NCBI RefSeq assembly: GCF_006345805.1 | Contig: NC_043005.1 | Location: 32,116,001 to 32,180,000, forward strand | Reading direction: 5' to 3' | DNA: 64,000 nucleotides | From: Octopus sinensis | Lineage: Eukaryota | Part shown: piece after piece, positions 14,000 to 27,554 of the stretch | Numbering within the stretch: position 1 is the first letter of the stretch | Layout of the letters: the number at the start of each line of letters is the position of its first letter | Program-made: the position numbers and the translations under genes | The notes under the pieces: generated by a model | Told to the model about the DNA's origin: nothing | The model's input: only the letters and a program-made list of their open reading frames with translations | The model's database searches: none

Positions 14000-14480
14000 A
14001 TACATTTACTTGTTTCAGTTATTGGATGTGTAACCATATCAAAGAACTTTTAATCCATCAAATGGATCCCAGTACTTCTTTTGAGTATAGTACTTATTTT
14101 ATCAGTTCCTTTCTTTGTAGAACTACTAAGTCACAGAAATGTAAACAAATCAACACTTGTTGCTAAATGGTGCCATACACGTATGCACGCACGCACACAC
14201 ACACAGAGTTTCTGTCAACCAGATTCACTCACAAGGTATTGGTTGGCCCAGAGTTATAGTAAAAGACATTTGCCCAAGTTATGAAGTGACCTACTTCACC
14301 ACATAGCCATACCTGCACCTAAATATACATATCTGTGTGGTTGAGATATTTGCTTTACAATCGTAGTTTTATGCTCTGTCCCAGAGTATAGTATCTTGAG
14401 CAAGTGTCTTTTTTCATAATCCTGGGCCACCTAATGCACTGACAGTGAATTTAGTAGAGAAGAACTATAGAGAAACCAAG
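14000..14480. mobile_element. Head-to-head pair of CORE-like tRNA SINEs (family A)
   Basis: Minus copy about 14000-14320 (AAGACATTTGCCCAAG) and plus copy about 14335-14480 (CTTGAGCAAGTGTCTT). Confidence 0.7.
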
Positions 14481-14589
14481 TGTGTGTGTGTGTGTGTGTG
14501 TGTGCAGACGGGGGATTGTATGCTACAGCGGCATTGTCATGAGACTCTGCCAAAGATATTCCATTTCTTTAATTAAACTGTTACATTTT

Positions 14590-15115
14590 TCACCTTTGGT
14601 CTCATTGTTATTCACGTCTAGCATCTTGGATATGAAATGTTGTAACAAAAATCAGTGCTAGCTATAATTTCTATAAATAATCTGTATAGATAACCTTAAC
14701 CTTAAGTGATATAATAGCACTGCTAAGACAGTAGAACATAGTATTGACTTATAAAAACGTTTAATATACTTTGTAGTATATTATAGTTGCATAACAATGT
14801 CCAATGTCCATGTAGGTCATTAATATTTACATATCAGCTTCCAGGAATGTCTTTAATATGTAAAATTGATATATCCAATAATGTTACATTGCTATATTTA
14901 GCAGCTATTTAGCGGATGATTAATGGGTTCGATGGGAGCTGATAAAGGAGCAAAAATTCCTGAAATATAGTACATATGCTCATTACCCATTTTTTATCTT
15001 TGATCTTATTGTTGTTCACATCAGGCATCTTGGATATGAAACGTCATAACAAAAATCAGTGCTGACTATTATTTCTACAGAAAATCTGTAGAGATAACCT
15101 TAACAAGTGATCAAC
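14590..15115 (+). repeat. Two direct copies of an unclassified repeat, also present at 42690-42985
   Basis: GCATCTTGGATATGAAA..TAACAAAAATCAGTGCT..GATAACCTTAAC occurs at about 14620 and about 15025. Confidence 0.75.
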
Positions 15116-15189
15116 AACATAACGATGTCTTCAGTATAGATACAGCAGAACAGTTGAAACCAATGTAAGAATAATGTATATATTCTTGG

Positions 15190-15310
15190 CAAAACTGTTG
15201 GAGTGGCAGAATCATAGAGTGATGGACTGAAATAACTGAGTTACAACTCTTTATGTTCTGAATTCAAATCTTTGATGAAGTCAACTTTGATTTCATCCTT
15301 TCATTCTTCA
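15190..15310 (+). mobile_element. SINE family B 5' fragment
   Basis: TGGCAGAATC..GTTCTGAATTCAAATC..AAGTCAACTTTGATTTCATCCTTT. Confidence 0.6.
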
Positions 15311-16092
15311 TGGAAGAGAAAAAAGAAATAAACTAGTGATGAATGCCTCACAGGCTCAGAACTGAATGAGTACAAGTATCAGGGTTGATTCTGATAATGT
15401 ATCCTCAATATGAATGGAAGTGCAATAGAAGGTGGAATATAGTTTGCTGGTACTAAACCATACTCAGGCTGACTGACTTGTATTCTTCAACGATCTATGA
15501 ATGAATATTAGTAACATACAGGGACTCATTCAATCAGTTATAACTATTTTCTTCCCTTATAAATGGTGTTGTGTGTAGACAGTTAAAAATTAGTCATTAT
15601 TGTCATTACTAAGAAGTAACTTTCCCTGCCTAGGAATAACTTTGTTTTTCATTCTTTTCGATTCAGTTAATTTTCAAAGGTTGATGAAAGAAGTACTTGG
15701 TCTGGACTGAGTAAATTGTATCCCCTGTATAGCTCCCCTATAATATGTGCCCTACAATATATGCAAAATCATTATGATTTTTATTCGGATGTGATGGAGT
15801 TAACTGGAACTGTAGAGCATTGGGTTTTACAGTATTTCAGTGTGTTCTGCTCTATTCAGTGTTCAAAAAAATTTTCCAAGACTGATTAAATAAATTCCAG
15901 TAATACAATAAAGTCTATTCAGTTAGCAATATCCCATACCAAATAGTCATAACTGTCATTGCTATTTATGTGACATCAATATTTGTTTTACATAATGGAT
16001 GATGGTACTTTCATGTATGATACAAGAAACTTTGATAAATATTCAAAAATCTGTTCATATTATGAATATTGTAAGAAGAGTTAAGTAGTGAC

Positions 16093-16188
16093 CTGTTCAA
16101 ATTTCCAGCCATCTGACATAGTTGATACCATCTGTGTTAATTCTTCCTCTGAACACTGAAGTACTCGATAGACATTCTTCATGTGAGT
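16093..16188 (-). CDS. KCTD5: KCTD5-like coding exon
   Basis: [32 protein letters not shown], inside ORF 16081..16377. CAG acceptor, GT donor, 96 nt. Confidence 0.96.
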
Positions 16189-16394
16189 CTGTAATAGAAA
16201 GTGAGATTTGCAATATAACAATAAACCTCCACCAGAGACAATATATATGTATATATGTGTATATTTATGTGTATATATATATGTATTATATATATATATA
16301 TATGTATTATATATATATATATATGTATTATTGAATATTTGATCAAGTTGTGTGAAGAAATTTTCGGATACAGTCATGCAAAATTTCTGAAAAT

Positions 16395-16478
16395 CCGAGT
16401 AAGAGGCAAAGTGACTGCCATATCATGTAGAGGAAAGTCTGAGTAAAAGCAAAGTGACTGTCATATCGTGTAGAGGAA
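16395..16478 (+). repeat. Tandem duplication, unit about 43-44 bp
   Basis: GAGTAA(G)AGGCAAAGTGACTGYCATATCRTGTAGAGGAA occurs twice. Confidence 0.8.
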
Positions 16479-16719
16479 CAGATTGTTATTGAAATTTACA
16501 AGAATCGCAGATAAGTTCGATTTTTTGGAGATCCGATGAAAAAGTCTTGAACTTACAAAATATGTGTATGTCCTTATAGTTCATAATCCAGTTTTGTGAA
16601 GAGATTTAGGGTACAATCATGCATGTATATATGTATATATATAAATGTACATATATATGTATATATGTGTATATATATATATGTATACATATGTATATAT
16701 ATACATATACAACAACTCT

Positions 16720-19300
16720 CTTCTTTTCAGGCGCTGAATTACATCTCTCCTCCTCAAACCTCACCCCACATTACCTTCTCAGTTTTCAGAGTTGGCACTG
16801 TCAATGTTGGCACACTGAAGGGTAGGTCTAGTGAGATTGTAGAGATGCTTGAAAGGAGATAGGTTGATGCATACTGCATACAAGAGGTAAGATGGAGAGG
16901 TGTTTCAGCTAGGATCCTCACAGGCAAGGTACATAGGTATAAAGTCTTCTGGCAAGGTAACATGGATGTTGTAGGGGGTGTAGGCATACTCGTTGTGGAG
17001 AAATGGGTGCATAAGGTCATAGAGGTTGTCAAGGTATGCGATAGAGAGCTTAAGCTCAGGCTAGTCCTACAGAATGGCACAGCTACAATTATCTCCGCCC
17101 ACACCCCACATGTGGGGCTACCAAATGATTAGAAGGACCACTTTTATGATACCCTTCTACAGGCTACCTCAAAGACGAGTGGCAATGACCTTATCTTTGT
17201 GACTGGAGACTTTAATGGGCGGGAATCGGGTATCTTCACTGGGGTACACGATGGCCGTGGTATTGGCACTCGAAACGATGAGGGAACTAGCCTACAGGAA
17301 TTCTGTGATGCATGTAACCTTTTAATCTGCAACACTAACTTCAGGAAGCCAGACAGCCACCTTATAACTTATTAATCAAGGGACTCTGCTAGCCAGATTG
17401 ATTTCATCCTCACCAGACAGCGGGACGCAGGGTTGCTCTTAAATACAAAGACCCTCCCGGGTGAAGAATGTACCCTCCAGCATAGGCTAGTCGAGGCCAG
17501 AAGGATACCAGAAGCAGACCAATCCAGAAACGAAGGATTTGGAAGCTAAAAAACCCTTCACATGGTCAGAGATTTAGGGACATCCTCATCAAGAAATTTG
17601 ATGAGAGGGAGGAGGAGCTACAGACGTTGGACACAGAAGGTAGCTGGAAATTCCTACAGGACAGCTTGCTGAGTGACACAGACCAAGTCTGTGGATGGTG
17701 CAAAGTCCCTTCCAGACCTACAAGGGGCGTTCAATAAGTAATGCCCCTGGCCCACTTCCCATAGCAGTAGAGCAACAAAACTTGGCACAGTTATTAGTCT
17801 TTTTCTACATAGGAACCACCCTGAGTTACGCATTTCTCCCAACATTTGATGCAGCTCTGAAGACCATTTTTGTAGAAGACCCCATCTTGGTCCTCCAACT
17901 ACGACGTGACTTCAGAAATCAAGGCTGCATCATCTGGGAAACGCTTTCCTTTCAAAAACAACTTCATGGCAGGGAAGAGGTGAAAATCAGAGGGTGCAAG
18001 GTCAGGAGAGTAGGGGGAATGCTTCTGATCTGGCGACACACGAGTTGTGGATCGGAGCGTTGTCCTGCAGGAGGAGGATGCCTTTGCTGATCTTGCCCCG
18101 CCTCTTGATTTTGATAGCTTCTCTTAATTTCCTCAAAAGTGAAGCATAATAGACTGCTGTAATTGTGACACCCTTTGCCAGGAAATCTGTCATCACTACT
18201 CCGTCCTGGTCCCAGAAGACTGTGAGCCTGGCCTTGTCAGCAGAGGGCTGCACCCTTGCCTTCTTTGGAGGAGGTGAGTCACGGTGCTTCCACTGTATTG
18301 ACTGGGCTTTGGACTCTGGATCATAATGATGGACCCAGGTTTCATCCTGTGTAATCAGTCTTTTGAAAAATTTTGACTCATCTTCTTGGCACATCTCCAA
18401 ATTCATCCTCGAGCAATCGACGCGTTCTTGCTTCTGGAAAGGTGTGAGCAACCTGGGAATCCATCTGGCAGAGACCTTTTTCATATGCAAATGGTCATGA
18501 ATGATAGTTTCCACAGACCCGGTACTAATCTTGACCTCATGGGCTATTTGGCAAATAGTTATGCAAATAGTTATTCCAAAATGGCAGCCTCAACTTGACG
18601 GACAGATGCCTCATCAATGGCAGAAGGGGGCGACTAGATCTGGGAGCTGTTTCCACAGAGTTCCGACCATGTTTGAATTCACGATGCCAGCGTTTTACAA
18701 GGTCATATGATGGGCATCATCACCATAAGTTACTTTCATTTCATCAAAAGTCTTCTGTGGTGTGTGTCCTTTCAAATACAAAAACCGAATCACTGCTCGA
18801 CACTCAACAGGCTCCATTTCACACTTGACTCAGTTCAAACACTTGTAAATCAGACACCACAATTAGTTCAGAGCTGTAATTTGCCACTTAATCTATAGAG
18901 ATATAATGTTTTGCACATGCAAAATTTCAGCGAGATCAAACAACTGCAAGTGGGTCAGGGGCATTACTTATTGAACGCCCCTCGTAGAGTTACATGGTGG
19001 TGAAATAGTACAGTAGACAAAGCCATTAGAGCAAAGAAACAGGCCTGGAAAGCCTGGAGGGGTGGGGGTAGCAGGGAACTGTACCAGGTAGCCAAAAGGG
19101 AGGCTGGGCGGCAGGTATACATAGCCAAGGGCGAAGCAGAAAAGAAGTTTGCCAATGCCCAGCGACGTGAGGACCAAAGAACTGAGGTATTTCGGATTGC
19201 TAGACAGTGTGTGAGAATAAATTGTGATGTCACAGGAGAGAAATGCGTCTGCATGGATGATGGTGCACTTGCTTTCAATGTTTCTGAAAAGAAAGAGGGT
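16720..19300 (+). mobile_element. RTE LINE 5' part (APE endonuclease), pseudogenised and split by a mariner
   Basis: RVGTVNVGTLKGRSSEIVEMLERR, CIQEVRWRG, GDFNG and SQIDFILTR motifs. The frame CKVPSRP|RVTWW rejoins across the mariner insertion. Confidence 0.9.
17721..18984 (-). mobile_element. Mariner (DD34D-type) transposon with defective transposase
   Basis: 37-bp TIRs (2 mismatches), TA TSDs at 17719-20 and 18985-86. Motifs WIPRLL, ITQDETW, QDNA and HPPYSPDLAPSDF; frameshifting deletion near 18025. Confidence 0.96.
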
Positions 19301-19302
19301 TT

Positions 19303-19348
<46 letters not shown>

Positions 19349-19349
19349 A

Positions 19350-19570
19350 GAGAACAAAGTGTACACATGCCGAAATGAGCCAAAATTGAGAAGATGATCC
19401 GGTTCTTGACTAAAGATAAAAGGCTTTGAATGACCCGTCCGTGTTTTTTGTATTGTCTATCTGGATGTTTTGTCCTGTTTTGCGTTCCTGTCCCATTTTG
19501 TATTTTATATATATATAATAATAATAATAATAATAACATTAGGGTGTATAACTCCAAACTTACAGGGAAT
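19350..19570 (+). repeat. Interspersed repeat, probably a Penelope terminal region
   Basis: GATGATCCGGTTCTTGACT..AATGACCCGTCC is shared in reverse orientation with 45860-46070, which abuts a PLE RT. TTAGGG..TCCAAAYTTACAGGG is shared with about 45300. Confidence 0.55.
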
Positions 19571-20104
19571 GTTACAGCAGAAATTCTGCTTCAACAAGTT
19601 CTGTCCAACCTATACAAGCATGGAAAAGTGGACATTAAATGATGATGATATACAACTGCTGCATGTGTGTGTGTGTGTGTGTGTGTTCGTTCACATTTGC
19701 ATTCTTTGAAAGTCAAGAGCTGCAAGTACTGATGCAGTAATCACTTCTGTCATCAAATCATTCTTTGTTTCATACCATCAAAGATGTGAAATAAGAGAAC
19801 TCTTACTCGAAGGATTAGTGAGAGGAAGGCATCTGGGTGTAAAACAGTGCTTCAATAATATATTTGTTGGACCCATATTACCATTGTAAAATGAATGTAA
19901 AATATATATACATATATACACATACATACACACATACATACAGACATACATATACATACATGCATACACACAAGTGGGGGAATAGTGTGTGCTTTGAATT
20001 GGCAACTGTTTCAGGATACCCAGTACAATTTATGTCAAATCTGGAAAACACACATCCACTGAATGATTCCAGTATTGTTATTTGAAACACAGAAAACATC
20101 TCAC

Positions 20105-20196
20105 CTGGTCTTGTTTGGCATTCCTCTCTGTGATTTTTTCCTTAACAAGTTTTATTAATGGAGTGATGTTATAGAATTCCGCTTCTTCCAAGACAC
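20105..20196 (-). CDS. KCTD5: KCTD5-like coding exon
   Basis: (G)VLEEAEFYNITPLIKLVKEKITERNAKQDQ. CAG acceptor, GTGAG donor, 92 nt; completes the split Gly codon of the previous exon. Confidence 0.96.
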
Positions 20197-22599
20197 CTGA
20201 AACATACAAAAGACACTTCAACAATGAGACAAAAGGAAACCTGGAGCAAATTTCGCTAGGGAAGAAAAGTTCTGCATTGAAAGAAAAACAGAGGAAACAT
20301 TGTTGCTTTGTATGGGATTATTGCTGAATAAACAATAAAAACAATAACAACAGCAAAATCATCATCATCATCAACAACAGCAACAACAACAATGGCAATA
20401 AATAGTGGCTAGGAATTTCATAATTAAGTGCTTTCCATATAATAGATATAACAAAGAGAGAAAGAGAGAAAAGGAAGGAGTAGAAAGGGGTGGGGTAGGT
20501 TATGATATTCATAAGGTATGTTGGGAAACAGTGTCCGAATGGTTATTGTTTGAGAAAATGGTGGTAGTGGTGGTTTGGTGATGATGTGTCTTGTAAATAG
20601 TAGTGTTATTATTGCTGTTGCAGCTGTGTATGTAGTGGTAGTAATGAAGCAGTGGTTATTAGTTTTAACTATTGAACTGGAAAAGAAAGAGACAGAGCCC
20701 TTAAGCGTCATGCTCCTCAACTTGGTCAATGTTGATGGAGTTAATGTTTAAGGTAATGAATGACAGGGAGTAAAGAAACCGTCTGAGTGCATATGTGCAT
20801 GTGTGTGTATGTGAGTGAGTGTGTGTGTGTGTGTGTGTGCAGCACTTAAATTTTGTAAAGACAGTCATGTGCTCACTGAAGAAAGCTTTCAAGATCTCTG
20901 TCCATGGCAACAGTACAAATGTGGAGCGAGGCATCCAGGTTTATGTGGATAATGCCTCTGTACAAGAGTGAAAGATACAGGATAGCAAGTAGTCCTTAAT
21001 GAAGAGAGATGAGATTTGGAGAGATAACCAAAAAAATGACACCTGATGTAAAAGAATATTTGTTACAGATGTAACATCAATGCATGCATGCCACAATTTC
21101 TTGTCCAGGATATGAGAAGACAATGGAACTCATAGCATTGTTTTTACTGAAGCTGCCAAAAGCGAGAAGCCATTAGTGTGTGACATGTAAAGTAATACTA
21201 TAGAAACCATATTGGTGATATATGAGAAAGGGTTCAAATGTTTGGTGATATGGATTGTAAGTGGATGATAATCTGATAATCTAATGTAAAGGCAGTGATG
21301 GCTAAGGTTAAGACAAACAGGAAGAAGTTAAAAGTATTTGGCAAGGTGATGCATTGTTAACAATTGAGAAAGAGTTGACAAAACAAGTCAGTGGAAAATG
21401 ATAAATGATTCAGTCCCAATAATGTTAATGCGAGGAAAGAGGGATAAAGATAAAGAGTTGTATATACTGATATCAGAAAGCTGTAAAAAAAATGTATTTT
21501 GCAGTTTTTATAGCTTGTAGTGGCTTAGCAGTTAGGATGTTGGACTCTTGATCTTAAGACATCCCATCCAGGTGGGGGGGATATAAATACCACACAAACC
21601 AGGAAACAAACCCTATGAATCTATATGACTTGGAAAGGTGCTTTATCCTTTAGCCTAGTGGTTTCTGATAGAACAATTTGAGATCCAGGCAGGGCTGCTG
21701 TAATACTTAATGGATCTAATACACTGTTTCTAGTGTTGATTGGATGTGGTGCCAATGAGTGCTTTACGTATGCTTGAGCATCATTCTTTCTTTACTGTCA
21801 ATATGTCTTGTACGGGTGCTGTGAATATTGTAGAAGTGTTATCTAAAATTACTAGTATTTTTAACTCGCGTGTAATGAAGTCTCTTTGTTGTTGAGTGTG
21901 ATGTTCTTGATAAAGAAGATGGTGAAATTGGAAGGTGCTATTTCTAGTCTCTTTCTTTGGAACTAGTTATCTATGCAATTATTGACATTGTTATTGTTGT
22001 TGTACAGCTGTGTGTGGGAGTGGTGAGAAGATATGTGATGCCATCTACATGAGGCAGGGTATATGTAAATTTTGGAGATGTCATCAAATTGTATAAGTTG
22101 TTGATGAAAAAATAGATTCTTGTGGATACACTGTCTGGGATATTGCCGAGTTTAGATACATTGAATAACCTTAGAAGTAATCAGTATTTCATATTGTTTG
22201 TTGGTAAGCTTCTGTGTCTTTTGTTTACAAGTGAGTAGCAAGTTAAAATGATGCCGATTCTTCAAGTGACCACAATAAAGAAGTATTTTATCATTTCACA
22301 CCCTATTAGCTTTAACAGATCCTCAATTTAATGTTTATCTCTGTCAGTGACATCAATATAGTCAAGTGGTCTTCACCCTCTATTAGGGTATAAACATCTC
22401 CAAAATATAACATTTGATATCATTTACTGTTCAGCACAATAGCAGAGGCCATTAAAGCCAGCTCTGCATTGAGCAATAATACTAGATATTGTTGGAATGT
22501 ATCTATAAATCTCCTCTTTTGTCTTGTGCCTTGGGTCCTACAGTGCTGACAGTAAGAAAGACTTCCTTACATGCAAGGGACGAGCCTATAATGCCTGTA

Positions 22600-22990
22600 A
22601 CAAACTAAACCATTTGGTATTTCAACAAAGTTAACAAAGCTTACTTTCTTTAGGACATATGCAGAGAGCATTCTTCTCTGTGGAGCTGAAACCTGGAGTA
22701 TGCAGGAGCTTAAAGATTGTTTACATGGTATATATACCAGGCTTTTCATGAGGGCAGAAAACATCAGATGGTGTGAGCACAAGACCAAATTGATGCTGAT
22801 GATATGCTGATGTCTTGCAAACAACTTGCACATGCAAGTGCTACCAGTCAAAAGCTCCGTATACCAGAAGCCAGCAAGTGTATGGGGTCATCAGGAGAGA
22901 ATGCGTGCCATTTCGGGGCCTACCTCTTGATGGCATCAATGCGCACCGGCCCCCCTCACTAATATGAGGCCCCGCTTGCTAGATCAGCTG
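22600..22990 (+). mobile_element. Decayed RTE-like LINE C-terminal fragment
   Basis: AESILLCGAETW and GIYTRL-like segments. Confidence 0.5.
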
Positions 22991-24599
22991 GTTATGAAGT
23001 TAAGCTCAATATCCTTCTAGCCATTGCTCATCGTCTCTTTTTAACCAAATCTAGTGGCTAGGCCTAACTCATCGTAAAGTCAATACCACCATGACTGATA
23101 TCCAATCATTTCCAAAACATCCATAAATACTACAAACTCTTTAATACTCAAAATGTTATGGTTAGCAACTTATGCTTAGATAATTTCACTTCCAATATCA
23201 CACATCACAACCATAACAATATGACAAAAACAAATACATACAATCATTCAGGTCACATCTCTGATTCAAGGATACCTTTTCTACCATCAGTCAATAAAGG
23301 ATCTGTAAAGGATTATGGGTATTGTTCTTCCTTGCTGACTAAAAGATAAACATGGGGGGGGGTGTACATGTATGTATAGGCATGTCTGTTAGGCACAGGC
23401 ATGACACCTTTTAAGTGTCTTCTACAACAGGCACAAGCCAATCAATGCCTTATCTGTAAAATTTAGCAGATACAAGCAACATGGAAGCACATCTTTGTGT
23501 GTATGTTTCCTAGTCTCCACACTGACACTGAGCAGTGGTGACATTTTTGTACATCTCTTTAAACCATAGATTTAAACATGCACACACTTTTATCCTATTT
23601 ACAGGAAGCTACCTCAATGATTACTTCAAACTGTCACCAATATTCTCCAAAACTGAATGACAGAAAGAGACACCCCCTAGTGGAGTAGGGCTGATAAGGG
23701 AAAGTATTTTTGATGTTTAGTTCTTATTAAACATCAGAAGTGATGTGCAAAGCATGTCTCCTAGCATCACTGTAATGTGTGGAAGAAAACATACCTTACA
23801 TGAAAAACAAGTGAAGGATAGGAAGCAAGATGGGTATCCAGCTATTGAATACTGTCTCTACTAATCTCATTCAACCCATGCCAGCATGGAAAATGTGAAC
23901 ATAAAAACAGTGTGTGTGTGTGTGTGTGTGTATGCATGTATACAAACACACATAGCAGATGCCCACACACATTCACATATATGTAACATTATGAGAATAC
24001 ATATGCACACAGGCAGGCTGACAGACAGACTGATGTATGTATGTATTATGTATATAGGTTCATTTATATTTATACTTTTATCATCAAATATATATGGAGA
24101 TTGTGGTAATTGTGGTTGTGGTTTAATCTCCTAGTGAGCCTTGTTTGAACAGACCTGCGATCAATGACACTGAAACCAACACCAATATGTCTCCCCACTC
24201 TTTTATAAGGTTCTTTCATTTTGTGCTGTGGTGTTTTTTAGTTGATGAAATTGGTGATTTTGGGGAGAAAAATTGTTGCTGACAAAAAGAGTAGAAATGT
24301 CTTCCAACATTGCTTTTAACAATAATGCTGTCTAGTGGTAGAAACACACCACTGAGAGAACCTTAAATTATAATCTAGAGGCATGTAAATAAATACCACA
24401 AGGCATTTATTTCAACAACCATCTACTTGTGTCACACTATTAACAACTGATTGCAGATATAGATATAAGGCTACAAATTTGGTCTTGGAGTAACAAGGAT
24501 TAGATCAATGCCACTACTTGACTGACACTCATTTCATAAACTCTGAAAGGGTAAAAGACAAACTTGAACGTGGTTGGACTTGAACTCAAACAGGACTAA

Positions 24600-25215
24600 A
24601 TATTCTTAGTCAATAAGTTTTATAATTTTTTGTAAAGTGTCATTGCTTTTTTTTTTAATCGAATTCCTTATATAGGCTGCTAATGAAATGAGATTAATTT
24701 ACATTGCTAACTTTTTTCAGGAAAGGATAAAGGTTCACAGTCTTCTCTAAAAGCCAATTTTCTTAGAAGTTATTTCATACAATTGGTGTTATATATTTGT
24801 TAGTTTTATACATGTTTACAAATTAAATGACATTCGAAACTTAACCAATAACCATGACAATATCAATAATTCCTTTATTACTGATTCAAAACCAATAGGG
24901 ACAGTATGAAGGAAGGGCCTTCCATAAAAACAATAAATAGAACAAGACATGACAAAATAAAAATAACAATATAAATGTGTATAAAAACTAACAATGATTG
25001 TTTGAAACATCTAAAAAAGGAAAAAAAGAAGAAAAAACTGACTTTCAGAGGAGAATGTGTAACCTTTATCCTTTTCTGAGGAAAGTTAAGGATGTAAATT
25101 AATCTGAAACCAGGTCACAGATTTGTTGTAGAAAACTTGCAACCCATACAAGGTATTAATCTAAAACAAAACCAATAGTACTTTACAAAAAGTAATAAAA
25201 TTTGTTGACTAGGAC
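24600..25215. mobile_element. Old foldback/MITE-like element with degenerate ~150-bp inverted arms
   Basis: AGATTAATTTACAT..AAAGGATAAAGGTT (about 24690-24735) is inverted at AACCTTTATCCTTT..ATGTAAATTAATCT (about 25060-25105). The outer arms also match. Confidence 0.7.
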
Positions 25216-26734
25216 TGTAGAGTGGAGTTGGAAGGGTGATGGGAGACAGGGGTTAGGATGGAGGCCCATTATATCCCCTCTAGTCAGCCCTGCTCCACAG
25301 GTGGCATCTGTTGTGTCACTGGTAACAGAAGTAATCAGTAAAGTAATTTCCTGTGAATAGGATAAAATGTTTTGTCTACATCCATTTGTGTAATGTGTAT
25401 ATGATTATTAAATAATAAGATGTGTATTTAATACATGGGTGGGTCGATTGAATGATGAATGATAGAATAATAAAGTGAGGAAGAAAAGTTAGAGAGAGGA
25501 AAACAGGGAAAGATAGTGAAAGGGAGAATAGACACTTTGAGAAGGTGTGAGTAGTTGATGAAAAGGGATGAAGGAGGAGGGAACCAAAGAGGAATAATTA
25601 ACATACATGTCACTGTCTTTTGACTTTTATTTTGTCTCTCTAGTATTCCATTGTTTGTTTTCAATTTTCAGTTAATGAGAGAGAAAGCCACATAGTTTTA
25701 CTACATGCTCCACTTCATGACACACCACATCCCTCACCAACAACTACTAACTTGCTACTGCTGCTGCTGTTACTACTGCTGCTACTGTTGTTGCAGCCAC
25801 TTCCTTAACTTATGGCATCTGTAAAAATGTATGAAGACTTGTTTGTGTGCGTGTGTACGTTTACCCCCCATACACTGACAGACACACATTTATACATACA
25901 TTTACACAATATTTACACACAGAATAAAATACATGTATATACATAAAATATACACAAATATAATATATGTGTTTGTAGATCTGTGTATATAGATCACTTC
26001 CTCTCTACTAATGTGTGTGTGTGTGTGTGCGCGCACACACGCACGTGCATGCAGAATACCTGCTGGCTTTGTCAATTCCAGATTAGATTCTGTGTATTGA
26101 TTCAACAGCTATTGAACAAGGAGGAAGGGGAGGGGAAGGGAGTGGAGGAGGATACTGCAGTGGTGAAAGTGATGGTAGATGTGGTGGTACAGGTGGTACA
26201 ATGGGGGTGATAAATACAGTGGCTATGGTTGAAGTAATTCAGTGGTGTTGGAAATAGTGTAGAAAGTGTGGTGGCTATGGTAGTAGTAGTGGTGATTGAT
26301 GGCATCATTAATGGTAAAAGTAGCTGTGGAATCAGTAGATGATGAAGGTAAAGGTAATGTACATGGTGGTATTAGTGGTGCTATAAAAGTGAGATTAGCT
26401 TTTTGAATTAGTTTGCAAAGCTTTTCTTTTACACCCTTTAAAATTCTTCAATATTATTAGAAAATAGAATTAGAATTGGCAAGGATGGTAGAGTGATTTT
26501 CTAAATGCCCCTTCGTTCCTAGTTCTCTGCAGTACCAGTTATATTCAGTTGAGATCACTGACAACACTCACTTTCCTTAGTAGTTAGGCATAACTGCCTC
26601 CTCATCACTTAGTGCTTCAGATCTAACAGCTAAAAATGAAAGTTTTGAATGGATTTAGTATTAATCCATGAAAATGATACATACATGTCAAAAGATCCAG
26701 TCTTCAATAATGTAACAAGTGTGAATAATATTGG

Positions 26735-26945
26735 TTCTGAATTTTGGCAGAAGTCCAGCAATTTTGGGGAAGGGGGTAAGTCTGTTATATTGACCCCAGT
26801 ACGCAATTGGTACTTATTTTATCAACCTTGAAAGGATGAAAGGCAGTCGACCTCAGCAGAATTTGAACTCAGAACATGAAGACAGACAAAATGCTGCTAA
26901 GCATTTTTCCCAGCATGTTAACGCATCTGACAGCTCGGCACTTTA
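26735..26945 (-). mobile_element. SINE family B copy
   Basis: GACCCCAGTACGCAATTGGTACTTATTTTATCAACC..GAAAGGATGAAAGGCA. Confidence 0.85.
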
Positions 26946-27554
26946 ATAAATAATATTACTGACAATAATAGTGGTTTCTTAGTAGTTCAATGTCACACAT
27001 TTATAAGTGAGTGGTACAGCTGGTTAAATAGGTCCTAGTACATCCCTACCATTGTATTAATAGCAAAAAGACAAACCAAACAGTGGCATTTAGTTCACTA
27101 CTACCATCTACTACCACCACTTCTGCTGCTGCTGATTTTTAAAATAATTATGCGACTACATATTTTCTGGCAAAACCTACAGCATTTCAACACCCTTTAG
27201 TACTGGTGGACATGCTTACAAAAGCAAAATCATCGTAGCATCCATGACTTTTGAAAACATTTTTTCACACTCAGAATAATAAAAGCGTGGAATAAACTAC
27301 CCACATCAGCTGTTAACTGTCAGGACACTGTATCTTTCAAATATTAGAATATTTGAAAGATATATTAGAATACAGTTCCTGAAATACAACAATACTCCTG
27401 ATCTACTTGTACACCCTTTTCTCTTTATGGATCTCTTGATGTTCACTATCCTGTCTTTCTTCACTTGACTTATATGTCTGCTTTTTGCAGCCACTTTTAA
27501 CCTTTGCTGATGAGATACAGTGCACTGGAGCACTGTAAACAATATATTCATTAT

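Noticed and set aside
21650-22200. Possible LINE RT remnant on the minus strand
   Set aside because: Too decayed to identify motifs with confidence.
25292-25310. CTCF-like site CCACAGGTGGCA
   Set aside because: Only the 3' half fits the consensus, which is expected by chance.
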